The translations under genes were made by a program, and so were the position numbers. From Lytechinus pictus (Eukaryota): a DNA stretch of 64,000 nt. The stretch spans positions 9,302,001 through 9,366,000 of the forward strand of contig NC_087250.1 in NCBI RefSeq assembly GCF_037042905.1, written 5' to 3'. How positions within the stretch are numbered: position 1 is the stretch's first letter; every line of letters starts with the position of its first letter. The notes below the pieces were generated by a model. It saw nothing but the letters and a program-made list of their open reading frames with translations, ran no database searches and was not told the origin of the DNA. Below are positions 28,159 through 41,593 of the stretch, one piece after another.

Positions 28159-28863
28159 AGGCCCCCTCACACCTAACCGAATTGCCTGAAAAATGCCTTG
28201 CGATGGCTGGCGAAGGGCATATTTTAAAAATACGTTTTCAATGGTAACTGATAGTAAATCATATTTGCCCTTCGTGATTTGGTTCGTACAATCTTCTGAA
28301 CTAACAGCTGCGATTATTCATGTTCGCGCGGAAATTTTGAACATGTTGAAAATTTCCCGACGAATTGAAAAATCATTGGTCATCTGTTTGAATTCGCATC
28401 TCTTATTTAGTCTGCGGTAATCGTTCGTTTACCGCTCGTGTGTTTTTTGTCGCGCATAGTCCCTCTTCGCGCTTTTGCCAAAGTTGACCGATCTCGAAAG
28501 AACCCGTAACGAAGCAAACGATGACACAACGGACAAGATTGCCTGATCTATTCCCTCGTCTTCGTTTCTAATCGCACGCCATATAAAACCATTGCTCACT
28601 GTTCCTTCGTCTTATTGGGTTATATTAACCATTCGCTCGCCTTCGGCCGCAATTTTCTCAAAGAGGTGAACCGAAAAATCGATATACTTTGCATGTCATA
28701 TTCATTCTTCGCTTACCGTTTGTTGATAAAATTTGACAATAGTTACCGATCGCATGATTTGACGGAAATGATATATGAATTCGTTGAATTCGCGTGCATT
28801 TCGTTCATTTTTCCCATTCGTCAGCCTTTGTCCGCCTACATTCGGTCAGGTGTGAGTGGGCTT
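28159..28863. mobile_element. Harbinger-like MITE, older
   Basis: aggccccctcacacctaaccgaat / attcggtcaggtgtgagtgggctt. Flanks TGA and TAA. Confidence 0.7.
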
Positions 28864-29614
28864 TAAGAAAGCTGAGGTCCACTGCTCAATACCGGCGAAG
28901 AGTTGGATCCTCGTCCGAGGCCGCAAAAGCACTGAGGCCCCGGAAGCAGCTACGGAAAAAGTCTGATTATCACCCCCTCTTTGGCAAGATAAAAATCGAC
29001 CTAACTCTACAAATTTCCCCTTCCAAATATTTTTTTTTAAGGTTCCCTGACTTGAAAATACAGAAAACTTTATGTAAATGTGTATGGGTCTTTACTTTAA
29101 GTCAAGAAAAGGGATGTAAAAAAAATATTGAAATTATATGATGCACATTAAAACCTAGCAGGACATGACTTGGTGAAGTAGAGACTCATACACTCGAACA
29201 GAAAGTATTTTGTATTTTCATGTCAGGGGACCTTTAAGCGTCGAAAAAAAAACTGTACACGATGACCTTCCAGTAGATTCCAGTTAGCATGATATGTTGC
29301 TATGTCGGGAAAGAATTATCAAAGCAATCAGGGTGTGAATTTCAACCTTCTGGTCAAAATGTATGCACAAACTTCGGGGAATGCAGAACAAAGCATCGGG
29401 GAATGTACAGCAAAGCACATGCCTGACATATTTCTCTTATGAAGTTTTCGTGCATGGCTCAGTCCAATGCTACAGTCACATCGATCCGCAAAGCTTTCTC
29501 AAGACTGACCAACGCCATTGGGTTGTTTGTTTTCAATGACATACTACCGATCGGTTTGGAGTCGGCTTTGTTGGTGTGACCGGTATCTTAATTGGAAATA
29601 AAGATAATGAATTT

Positions 29615-29781
29615 ATGGCACAGTGACATTTCCCCCTACGATCGTGGTACGGCGAGTCGAAAACAGCCGTTTTAACATTTTTGGAGCAGCTATACATACG
29701 AATGGCTTGAATAAAAATGAATAAATCGGCTGTTTTTGACTCGCCGTACGGCGACCGTATGGGAAATGTGACTGCAGCATA
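29615..29781. mobile_element. Short palindromic MITE
   Basis: gtacggcgagtcgaaaacagccg / cggctgtttttgactcgccgtac. Same family as 35790-35951. Confidence 0.78.
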
Positions 29782-29843
29782 GGCTTTCAAAAGATAAAGC
29801 CGACTTTAGATCACTGCAACTTATGGCGGCTGGAAATGAGGGT

Positions 29844-30056
29844 AGAGGTGGATCCAGAACTGTTAAAAAGGGGTGGGGGCACATTTTCTCGAGGAAAAAT
29901 TTAAGACATTTCGGTCTTCACTTTGAATAGAGAGGGGCACACTTCTGTTTTAACGGCCTTTTTACATTACACATTTCAATTGTGCCTTTCAAAAGGGGGG
30001 GGGGGCACGGGCCGGCTGTGCCCCGCCCCCCCCCCCCCCCCTTGGATCCGCCAGTG
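29844..30056. mobile_element. hAT-like MITE of the ..GGCGGATCCA.. type
   Basis: agaggtggatcca / tggatccgccagtg. Related inverted copy at ~40113-40336. Confidence 0.62.
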
Positions 30057-31650
30057 ACTGGGAGGGGGCTCCCAAAGAAGAATAAAAAGTACTTTTCATT
30101 GGGTTATGCAACGAGCCAGCTGCGTTGCTATGTCATTGCATGCGTTATCTTTTGTTGGGTATACTTGAAGCCCTCCGGTTAGAAATTACCGTAGAAAACA
30201 ACAACCAATAAGCTCAATTGGTCTAAACACGGTATCTTGATCGAGTCAGCGGTAGGGTTTCGAAATCGAAGATCTTGATGACCGATTAAACCGAATTGTT
30301 AATTTCTAAAATAGTACATTTTCATCGGAGATAGCTTGTCTTCTTTGAGGTTTAACAGTCTTTATCCATATAGTGGTGTGGGACCGTTTCTTCAAGAGCT
30401 AGAGAAACGTGAAAAGGGTATCACGGGAGCAAGGAGAAACGTTTGGACCGGAATATTAATGGAATCGTAATCTGTGGACTCGGTATCCTTTCGCGAAAGG
30501 TAAGGGTAATGTAATTTATATGATGAAGTTATATCAAGGAGGTTTAAATGAGATGGAGTAACAGCAAACAAAATCCCTTTGAACAAGGTTCGAAGCCGCC
30601 AGCACAAAGTATGTCAGGCATGCACTTTGCTCAACATATCTTGCAATTGTGTAGACAAATGATTCCCGCATGACTCCGCACCTATAGGTCATACAGAAAG
30701 GGAAATATGCTTTTGTGATGATAATTACTTTTTCGCCGCATCTTGGTCTGGTTATATGTGTAGTACATAATTCGGAGGCATGCGAAAATAAACTATGCAA
30801 TATATCCTGAATTGCCCGACTGGGCATGTGCGGGCACTCATCTGGCATATACAGTAATAAACAACAATATTCCACCGACCACATATGAAATTTTCATTCG
30901 CCGCAAACGATCGGAAAAGTGTTAAAATCTGGTTTCAGTAAAGGTCAAAGTCTTTCTTTTTTCACTAATTAAAGGTTTTTCTTGATATAATCTGGGCAAA
31001 TATCTCGTCTTAGTAGTGCTTGGTTAGTAATGTTTTGTCATGCATTCAAATTTCAATTTGGTTATTAATATGAAAGATGGAAAATCGTTACAAATGAATA
31101 TTCGTAAAATTTCACTCCTCGGATTTCTTCAATGACACTGGCGGCTTCGAAGCTGGACATTAAAAGGGTCCTTACTGCCGTTCTTTCTTTTGTGCTTCTT
31201 TAGAAATGCTGCTTGTATAAATTTGTTGACTGTTGGAACTCCAGTCATAGAATCTCCTTGGTTATATTAACCATTTATCTCATGCAGTGTTCGACCGAGG
31301 TGGGCCTAATATAAAAGAAAATATGTGCTGTCAAAGCATAAAAGGTAGGCCTATTGAACTTAAGGGCAATGTTCGGTAAATTACTTATTTCGCCGTCCCT
31401 CTGACATGACTTAAGCACAGAAGTAACAAATTTTAGTTGATCGCCAGGGCCATCCTTGCCATTTAGAAGGCTGATAAATGTTTCAAAAATCTATCAAGGA
31501 GGTCAAGAAAACAATTTGATCTAACTTCTTTAATTATGGCATGATTAAAAGTGGTTAAGAAGGTCATTTTGAATGTAAAGGCATAGCGGATCTTCTGGGG
31601 AACTCGTGTTTTTTTGTATATCTGCCTTAATAGCATTATGATCTTTATGT

Positions 31651-31903
31651 GTGTTGGCTCAATTGGTAGAGCGTCCGTCTCACAACCGGGAGGTCGGGGG
31701 TTCAAACCCCGGCCGCGTCAGACCAAAAGACGTTAAAAGAGTTGCTGCTACCCTGTTTGGCGTTCAACGACTAAAGGGATAGAGCCTCGTCAATCTGGCG
31801 CTGCACAGCGGCTGCCGGGCCCACGATCAAATGGGCAAAGCAAATTTTCGGAGTATTTCATTTCATGTCTATTTCGAACAATAAAATATGGATTGGATTG
31901 GAT
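31651..31903 (+). mobile_element. tRNA-derived SINE (Val-CAC-like head)
   Basis: A box tggctcaattgg, loop ctCACaa, B box ggttcaaacc, ~180 bp non-tRNA body, AATAAA and (GGATT)n tail. Confidence 0.82.
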
Positions 31904-32691
31904 ATCCCTAGCGTGTGTGATACTAGACATCAAAATTAGGTACTTTAATTTTGTTACCGTTTCAACTTTCTTTTTTTTTGAAAGAGAGAAAGAAACACAT
32001 CTGTCTTTTCGAGTTATGCAGTAGACGTTTTGGACCCCAAGTCGTATATTTTGTTCTGCCAATGTTAGTGTTTTATCAGCCATATTCCTTATTCTAACTC
32101 ACCTTTCAACGTTGATTCGCATAAATTAGATATCCTGGCTCTATAAGGCAAGCCTACATCAAATGCGTTTGCTTTAATATTGCTTTCGATACAAGATATA
32201 ATAAACAGCAGTGACCCTAAAGCTAAGCTTTAGGGGATCCCATGTTTCGTTTGTTTTGTTTCCAAAAACATAAAAAAATCACAAAACAACCTACACAATA
32301 CCAACAAAAAAAAATGTTAATAATAGTATGATACGATTGATAGCCCATTTCATAGCTGTTATAGCTTACCAGTTGTGTTCTCCCATGAGGTCTAAGGTCT
32401 ATTCTCCCATGAAAGCTTTCAGACTGGATAGTTAACAATGCATTTAATATTTCCATAGTAGTATGATTTAATCCATTCACGTGCAAGCTTTCCCTCACTC
32501 CTGTTATAAGGATTAACTTAATTTATTAGTTCTCACACATTCGCTTATTAAATTGCCTTATGTGGGAAGAAAGATAGATGGTGACACAACTAGGTATATA
32601 TTCCCAATGACAATTTAGTTCTTTAACTTTAATATCATGTTCCCTTATCGTTTCATTCTTCCAAGCAGGTTCCATGTGAAGTTGAAACAGA

Positions 32692-35600
32692 ATGGAACCA
32701 GTTTGCATAGAAGAGGGTGCTTCGGTAAGTGAAAAACGGGAAATATTGAATATTTGGAAAGTTTGTCAAATATGTAGAAAAGGGGGAGTACAGCAAGGAT
32801 GTTAATGATCATGATGTCTGTAAAATCATGATTTTTTTTTATTTGCCCAAAGTACTATGTAAAAAAAGTATGTTTGCCAGTGTTTACTTGTATAGTGATA
32901 AATTCAATTAAATTCAATGATGGCAAGGGTCGTTAAAGAGCCAGTTTGTGCATTGCACACATGCAAAGAAACTATTCATTTCCCTGAAAATGTACTGTAA
33001 ACATCAATGTTGTTTTTATTTTCCCCACATGCAGCATTCACGGGATGCAACAAAATACAGTGTCTGTGTGGCTATCACAACAGCAGTCATTCTGATCCTC
33101 TCTGCGATAGGTGCTGCCCTCTGCGGTGGGATAGTATACATTCCGCTCAAGATGCTGTATCCGCCCAGTGTTTATCAGATCATTGCTTTCATTGAAAGTG
33201 GGGTGAGTAACAGAGACGTTTTAATGCTACCAAAAATGCAGGCAAAATAAAACATTATTGCTATTACTGCAAGTGAGAGTTCTAGTTGCAATATGTAGCA
33301 TATTACTCCACTCCAAATAATACAGGCTAAAGCAATAAAGTTCACATTCTAAATGTATACATAAATGCATATCCACACACACAACGAGAGGGAGAGAGAA
33401 AAAAAGAAAAATGTAATTTGAGACTTGGGCGTATACAGAAATATGTGTTGAATTTGATGGATATTTTGAAAGAAATGACCACTTCCCTTTTAAACCCTCT
33501 TTTCTCTCTGTATGTATAATGCCACAGGTGTACCTAATAACTGCCCTTCTCGGATTTGCCTCGATAACGAAATTAAGATGCATGGTAAGGTTTGTCAAAA
33601 ACTGTTTTCTATCATATTTCTTTCATATTTCCACCGTCTCTTCACCCACTCCGCAGTCCACACAGTGGGGATATAAATGAACATAAGCATAGAGCTGTAG
33701 AAGTAAAACAGATGATGCAATAATATCGACTCGAAAACGAAAAATGGAAACTCCACGATTAAATAAACAGCAGTGGTCCTAAAGCTAAGCCTTAGGGAAC
33801 CCCTTATTGGAAAGCTTTGACATCGTTTACAATGCAGTTTTGTTTCATATTAGTATAATATTATTTAGCCACTCACAATTTAATCTCACTCCTCACAATT
33901 TTTCTCACTCCTACGTCATTCTAAAGATCGCTACTAAGGCTAGAGATACAAATGTCAATATGCATAAAGTTACATTTAAACAACGCATTACTTGAACATA
34001 TCAGTCTAAGATCTACCTTCCTCATTCACTATGGTGGAGAACCCTTGGGGAGTTTCGAAAAGAGTTAAATACGACTTATACTCGCACTGAAATTCCAAGG
34101 TGCGCAGTGGCGTAAGGCGGTAAAAATTTGGGGTGAACATGGCGTATTGCGTAAAATCAATTTTAAAAAATGAGAGCGAGCGAGCAAAACGTGAGAGGAA
34201 AAAATACATTTTTTAAAGACATATTTTGACTTAATATTCAGGAAATAATTTCACTCTTCTCTCTTTCCTTTTCTGTCTGTCATTTTTTCTTGCTCGTAAT
34301 TTTTTTTTGAGAGGGGGGGGGGGGGAGAGCCACTCTATCTGTACGCCTGAGCAGGTGCGTGCTGAATAAAAGCTACCATCTCACTAGTCAAATATTAAAT
34401 GGTAATAGGAATTGCGATGCATCAGATGCGCAACACCACTAGACATGACTTCAAGTCACACTTACACTTTGTGAAACACCTCTGGATCCCAGGAACTTGT
34501 ATTGCTCGTTTAGTTTAGGTGAAGAAAATAATCAGCAGTGATGCATATTACAATGCGGGTTGAATTCTCGACAATGTTGGGAATCAGTACTGTCACAGAG
34601 CCTTGTTTAGGACACTCATAATAAACTACTAAGATACCTTTCGCATTCTTGAAACTGTTTTTAATCCCTGATATTTATTCTCCCTTCTAGATTCTGGCTT
34701 ATATGATTTCCTGCGTCTTATGCATCTGTGTCAGCCTGGCAGGACTGGGAAGGTATTGCTACGACATATTTATGTTTTCACAGCTTGGACTCTTTGGAGA
34801 TTGCGGTGGAGGGTGTTTGGTAAGAATATAATATTAATTTATGTATTGGAGATCAAGGCCCGTATTCTGAAGTCGGGTTTAAGTTAAACTCAGGTTTAAA
34901 GTTGTGGTTTAAGTATTGGAAGCCAAAAGTATAACATTTTTTATTAAGTTGTATGTTTCTTATGTTTACTGTGCTCTTTCCTGATTCATCGATGGTGAAG
35001 CCAATAATCTTTTTATACTTCCTAGACAATTATGAATGATTTGAGAGCCAAATGAGCTGAAGTATGATATCCCTACTGTTAGTGATTTATGTAACAATTG
35101 GCTCGCCATACTTAAACCACAACTTTAAACCTGAGTTTTAGTTAAACCCGACTTCAGAATACGGGCCCAAGGGTGTAGGCTGGGGGAGTGCACCCTCCCG
35201 CTGAGGCAGAAGAGTTCCGACGCTGGCAAGCAAAACGAAATTTGTAACCCTTCTTCTGCTATCAGTAGCTGATTTTCCAAACTACTTTAACATGACTTGT
35301 TTAGTTCCACCTCCCCAATATTCATGCACCCCTCCCCCATAGCATTTTAGTTCCATCTCCCCATGCTCAAACCAGCCTACGACCTTGGAGATCATGTTTG
35401 AGGAGGGCAAGATTGCGAGATGCTCTGTAGACTACCCAAATAGCTGGCATAAAAAAAAACGGAAAGTGCCTATGGGTATCCTTCACATCAAGTTTTGTTT
35501 CACAAACCACGTTTTCTCATTCGCTTTACCTAGATTTTGCGAATATAATTGCGGTAATACTTACTGTTCATAACAATAAAAAAATAGCAGGACTAACAGC

Positions 35601-38211
35601 AAATAAGGATGAGAATGATAAATCATGATGAAAAACATTTACACCAGGATAACTATGTCAGTAGTAACAGTGGTAGAAATAACAGTGATAGTAATGGTAT
35701 GCCTGCCGCTGTCATTTTAAACGGTGCAACATTTTCTGTTGATTTTTATTTCAATCAAGGCTCAGGAATAGGCATATCAACAAATGTAATACCTTGGTCA
35801 CATTTGCTCTACGGCGGCCGCACGTCGAGTCTAAAACAGCCTTTTTAACGTTTGTTGTACCAGCTACATATAGGTGATTTGAATAAAAATGAATAAAACG
35901 GCTGTTTTCGACTCGCCGTACGGCCGCCGTAGGTCATATGTGACCAAGGTATAAGAATGTAAAATAACCTAAATGTTTCAATGGGACGCACTGATCAATG
36001 TCGAACAAACAATGTAAATTATACATCAGAGTAAAATGGGGTCATCTATGTACACCGATTAGCATGGTGTATAAATTCCTATGAATACATTCATGACAAC
36101 TGAAGTAAGGAGATTCGAATTTATTGTGCTTTGGTGACACTTATTACACCATTACAAGTCTTTTTATATCGTTTCTCGGGGTCTGTGTAAACTGGCTTAA
36201 GTCGACATAAAAGAGAGACATTCATGAAAAACTGTTCAAGAATATTCATAAGAAATAAGTATACTTTATACACATTCTGTTGAATTATTTCACAATATCT
36301 ATTTTGATTTACCCGAGTTTTGTTTTCAGGCTGTCTTCACATTTTATTTTTCAGTTCGTCACCATACCTATTTGCGTGCTAGCCGTTGTTAGTCTGATCG
36401 GATTCGTCACCTCACTTGTTGGATCGATCTATTGTTGCAAAGGGGTGTGCTCACAGTCAGATAAAATGACGTCATCAAATATGGTACATAATAATAATAA
36501 TGATAACAATAATAATAATGGGTAATGATGATGATCATGATGATAATTATAATCTTGATAATGACAATAATCATAATAATACTTATGATAATAATAATAA
36601 TAATAATAATAGTAATAATCACCATCATCATATTCATCATCATCATCATCATCATCATCATAATCATCATCATCACCATCATCATCATCATTGTCATCAT
36701 TATTATCATCATCATCATCATCATCATCATCACCATTTAAAGGGGAAGTTCACCCTGACGAAAACTCTGTCGGTTGTAAAAGTAGCTGAAGAAACAATAC
36801 ATAAATATTGATGAAGATCTGAGGAAAATCCATTTAAGATTAAGAGAGTCATTAGAATCTCAGGTTTTTTTTTATTTGTGACGTCATAAACAAGCAGCTT
36901 GGCCATGTGATATGTAATACAAAATGCATAAATTTAATTTATGAATGGTTCGTGATGATTTATTTTTTATTTTCTATTTACTGGGAGCGGGTTTGAAATA
37001 ATTTGTGCATTTATACACTGAAGGTACAATAAAAAACATTTTTAATTTTCCGAGAAAATGACATTGATTTTTTTTACCATACGATATGTAGGAAAGCTGC
37101 TCGCAGATGACGTCACAAATCAAATGATTACAATTCGAATCACTTGTATATTCTTTGATAGATTTTCCTCAAACCTTCGCATATATGATTCATTTTTGTC
37201 TGCTATTTGTACTATAAACTTTTTGTCAGGGTGAACTTTTCCTTTTATATGCGCCTTCTATTTAGAAGAAATCTATTCCCATGCACAGTAGAGCCATCTG
37301 ATTACTAGTGGGCAGAAATGTGTAATTTATAAGACAAGTCCATCCAAGCAAAAATTGTATTGGACAAAAAGTGAGGAAAAATTGAAACGAGAATAAAATC
37401 CACCGCAATGGGGATGTCAAATAGAAAAGTAATGATATTGTAAAGTTTTGCCAGAATTCACGAAACATATATATTTGCAACATGACTGTGTTTGATGCAA
37501 ACGAAGATCGAAAAATAGTGAAGTCATTAATGCTCTGACCTTCGATTTTCCACTGAGCGGTGTTAATACTGGTCCGATTATCCGCTATGGTGCTCGTCGT
37601 ATGCAATATCATCAGCATCGCCATCTTAATCATTAGCATCATCATAATGGACGTTGTTATTATTCTTTTGACATATGATCAATTAATCAATCATTCTTTT
37701 ATATATTAATTAATTATGTTCAGAAATGATAATGAGTAAAATCGTATTTCGTTTGTATTGATATTACCTATTTACAAGTGTAAGCTTATTGTTTTCCTTG
37801 TGTGGTTTTTTTGTTCTTCTTTTGTGATTTTTTTTTTTTTGGAGGGGGGTATCCTTGATTTGTATTTCTGCTTTATATGTCGAAAATTTATAAGGGTAAA
37901 CCAAAAAATTCAATTTCTAATTGAAATTCTAGAGCAACGACACTGATGGAAAAAAACGTATTACATTGACCAGTCAAACTGTCAGATCAATTTATATTTT
38001 ATGTGTGCGCACGCGCGCGTGCGTATGTGTGTGAGGGTGGGTGTATGTGTGTGCGTGAATCTCAGAATCCAATAATAACGGGATAAGATACTACAGTTAG
38101 TACGCAATTAAATATTCGAAATTAACGTTGTATTTACCTTTTCTTTTCACTTTCCCTTTTTTGTAGACGGGCATGGACCAAGTTCGAATTCCGCGGCCTC
38201 ATACGTCATAG
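32692..38211 (+). CDS. Gene B: spliced four-transmembrane MS4A/CD20-like protein, ~186 aa, closest paralogue of gene A
   Basis: Exons: 32692-32724 MEPVCIEEGAS; 33035-33202 HSRDATKY...YQIIAFIESG; 33528-33584 VYLITALLGFASITKLRCM; 34691-34819 ILAYMISCVL...GDCGGGCL; 36355-36483 FVTIPICV...GSIYCCKG...SNM; probable last exon 38167-38211 TGMDQVRIPRPHTS*. All GT-AG, phase 0. Candidate 5'UTR exon donor at 30500. Confidence 0.86.
34105..34351. mobile_element. hAT-like MITE related to 8771-9012
   Basis: CAGTGGCGTA start. Flanks AAGGTGCG and CAGGTGCG match at 7 of 8 positions. Confidence 0.7.
34857..35167. mobile_element. PIF/Harbinger-like MITE, copy of 12103-12414
   Basis: TIR GGCCCGTATTCTGAAGTCGGGTTTAA, TSD CAA. 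Confidence 0.9.
35790..35951. mobile_element. Short Harbinger-like MITE
   Basis: TACCTTGGTCACAT / ATGTGACCAAGGTA, TSD TAA. Confidence 0.85.
36488..36735. repeat. (ATA/ATC)n compound microsatellite
   Basis: Visible tandem triplets directly after the donor of gene B exon 5. Confidence 0.95.
36741..37243. mobile_element. Kolobok-like MITE, family 2
   Basis: TTAA then AGGGGAAGTTCACCCTGAC ... GTCAGGGTGAACTTTTCCT. Related copies at 61052-61392, ~9670-10075 and ~51770-51870. Confidence 0.83.
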
Positions 38212-38526
38212 CAACTTTGTTCACCGATTTTCGTGCTAACTGTGTAAATGGCGGGGGGGGGGGGGTCATATGACTGCTTCGATTTCAAAGGTTAATCGAT
38301 GAGTTGAAAATCAAGTACATTTTGATATCAAGTTTGTTATGATAATACAGAGACATTTAGAAAAAAAAGTTGATGACTGCTTGAATGAAATCTACGTAAT
38401 AGTAACACTGCGATGGATTTGTATTGAGTGATATCACGGGTAAGCAGCTGCTCCTCTTGTCATTAATATAAAGTCCAGAAATTACCATGTTTGTAATCAC
38501 TCTTGGTGCTGCAAATATTTCCCCCA

Positions 38527-39382
38527 CACTGTAAAAAAATTCTGAATCAGTAGTTTACACTTAATTTATATAAGTATAATTTATAATTTGTAACTATTTT
38601 TGTTTTTTTAAAGTAGTTTAAACTTGCCTTTTAATTTACTTGATTTGGTTGATTTATTTGGGTTCATTATACATTTAAGACAATTCACGTATTGCTAGCT
38701 TGCTTCGATTGAGTAAATCTTAGTCAATTAGGAAAAGATGATTATTACCTATAAAATCATGTTGAATTTACTTATATTTTTCAAATAACGCCTTATTTAA
38801 ATAATGCATGAATATTCATTAGAACAAGTAAATGTTTTTTATTTGTTTTAATGACTGTCATATCTATTTGTGTTTTAATTGTTTGGATAAGGGTGTGCTA
38901 ACTATTTTATTCTTTTGTTGAATCAAAGAAAGAGCAACATTAAAGAGTCATTTAGCAGAAAATTTCACATTTCTTTAAGGTTTTCGGAAAATGCTTATAT
39001 TATTCGCACTTTTTTATTTGTAAGAATGAAACGATCGCGTATAAATATCAATGTTAGTACCTATACATGTACAGGTAAGTGACAATGCACAAAATCTAGT
39101 ATTTGGATAAGAGATGTCTGAAAATGATGCTAAAGTTGGGACGATGTGGAGCGGACTTTCGAATCACATATAGTCCACTCCCCCATTTTATTTTTTTCAA
39201 ATATTTTAGCGATTGTTTTACTTAATTGAATTAAGTTGTTACTTAATTTTCTTGAGTAAAATAGATGCAAAGAAAATAAGTAAATTTTACTTAAATCTGC
39301 CAAACTCATAAATACTCGAAAAAATTAAGGCAACTTTTCGCCACAATTTAATTGACTAATTTCAATCAATTTTTTTACAGTG
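38527..39382. mobile_element. CACTA/EnSpm-like non-autonomous element
   Basis: CACTGTAAAAAAATT / AATTTTTTTACAGTG with 2-bp TSD CA. Confidence 0.75.
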
Positions 39383-41432
39383 CAGGAAGCATTTATAAAG
39401 CAATATGTCTGATGTTACATGGATACCAAAACTATACGGTGTCGCAAATTGTACAGTTTGTTTTAAAAGTCCACTTTGTATTTTTTTTTTAGTTGATGAA
39501 TATGCGAAAAACCACAAATATATTTGTTTCGTTGGTTATTATTGCTTATACGAAAAATAACTTAAAATCTAGTCCAATCCTAATATATGGATGATTTGCA
39601 ATTTTATATTGTTTTAATTGTTCTCAATGCTCCAAGTGTCTATAAAGCCAAGTTCTCAATCGAGTGTAATTATTAAAATAAACACAAATTTCAAGGCAAA
39701 CCATCGATGATTGACATCTATATAAATAGATTAAAGAATTAAATGAATAAATGGTCAAAGGCCTACATTGTTCTTAAAAATGGCATTACTGGTAATTAAT
39801 TATTATTTTCAATGCCTACTTACATTGTTTTTCCAACATACCAAGAGTCCGTGCAGCGTTCTTTAACAGGAATCACGCTATAATGTTTATGATACCATTT
39901 CCAAGTGCAAATTAATTTTCAGAAACTTTTCAAAAGTAAGCGGTGCTCGCTCAAGCGGAAAGATTTTTCGACAATGTTTAAATGTGTTAAAAGCGTCTGG
40001 ATATTACAAATATATAATTATGCAGGATTATGAATAAATGGAAGAATGTATGTTTATTTCGTGATTGCTTATTTTTTTTGCCAAGTGGCTTCACTAACAT
40101 AATCTAAACCAGTAGGGGCACATCCGGTCCGTGCCCCCTCCCTCTTTGAAAGGGCCCTGGATGGGGAATACGTTGTGAATTCGCAGGTGATTTTTTTTTG
40201 GCTTGTCCAATTTTTTCTGACATAAATCAACATTGGCAGTGTGAAGACTTCTTATTTTTTCCCTTTTTGGGGGTGGCTTTTTACTCTTTCTGTAAAAAAA
40301 TGCCCCCCTTTTGGAAAATCCTGGATCCGCCTCTGATCTAGAAGGAATAGACTAGGCCTATCTAATTTCAAGTCATGGTGAACATTCAGAAGTGGTGTGG
40401 TTACCCCCCCCCCCCCCACATAGTTTTTGAGATGGGTGCATTTTCCTTCATTCGAACCACCGCCTCCGCTATTACAATAATATCGAAAAGAATAACGTGT
40501 TAATGAGAACTCGTAGAAGAAAGAAATACGATAGACGTTTTCTATGCCACGGTCACAAACGTTTTCTTGCCTATTGTTGTGTGGAAAACTCATGGGCGAA
40601 AATGAAAACAATTTGCCAAGCAAAATATAATATCATGAACACTGTTCTGATTTCGAAGACATCTCCAACGTGGACTCTTCTTGCATATTGGCTGACTTGA
40701 TGACATTGAATCTCACTTGTAATTCACAGGTAAGTGCATTTCTTTTTAATAGGTTTCATCTCATTTTTTCATTTTTATACGGAAAAAATGGTATGCTTTC
40801 TTTAAAAAGAAGCACCTACGCAAAATTCATTTACCATTATATTGTTCGTGTCTTTGTTTTCCTTCTTCCGACTATCGCAAGGCCTCACTTCTAATTCATG
40901 CATGTAGGCTTGCAGAAGAGAGTTAATAGTTCTCTTATTCATGTTTTTATTTTGGTAACAGTTGGTAATATACCTGCTAACACAGGGTGATTTCAAGTTC
41001 AGTGTTCACATTTAGGTGTTGGAGTACACGATTATAACTCCAAACATAAAATGAAGATGGTCCCGAAAAGTCACTCACTGGTTGTTGAGATGTCAATAAT
41101 GTGATCTGGATCAGTTTTACAAGCTCTGAATAAGTTTTGGAGCAAGGGGAAGCAATCCGAATATCAACACCAAGACCAAGGCCAACACCGGACTTGAAAT
41201 CACCCAGCGTATACTAGGTTCGTGGACAACAAGCATGGCAATACGCCGCTGATGGGGGAGTTCTCCGTGCTCAAAATAATAACAATTGCCACACGTGTTT
41301 TTATAGTGTATTCACATGCAAGATTATACGATTGCTTTTGAAAATATTGAAATCTTTATTATGTAAAGTTAAGTACACAATGTGAGGCTTGTACAGTGTT
41401 CGCGCGTGTGTGTTTGTGTGTGTTCAAAGTCA

Positions 41433-41593
41433 GGAGGTGCCGTGGCCGAGTGGTGTAGACTAAGGCGCCTAGTTATACATGGGAAGTCCGGGGTTCGATC
41501 CCAGGCCGCGGCACCTATGCCCGTGAGCAAGGCAATTAACTACATTGCTCTTTTATCCTGCTTTCATATAAATTGAAATGCTATATGCATTAT
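41433..41593 (+). mobile_element. Short tRNA-derived SINE
   Basis: A box tggccgagtgg, B box ggttcgatcc, core gcccgtgagcaaggca, AT-rich tail. Confidence 0.78.

Noticed and set aside
31651..31720. Functional tRNA-Val gene
   Set aside because: The acceptor stem does not pair and the sequence continues into a SINE body and tail.
33661..33700. CACAGTG as a RAG recombination signal heptamer (also near 12097 and 49142)
   Set aside because: No ACAAAAACC-like nonamer at 12 or 23 bp spacing. Expected by chance.
36407..36811. Poly-His, poly-Met and poly-Ile ORFs
   Set aside because: Translations of the (ATC/ATA)n microsatellite.
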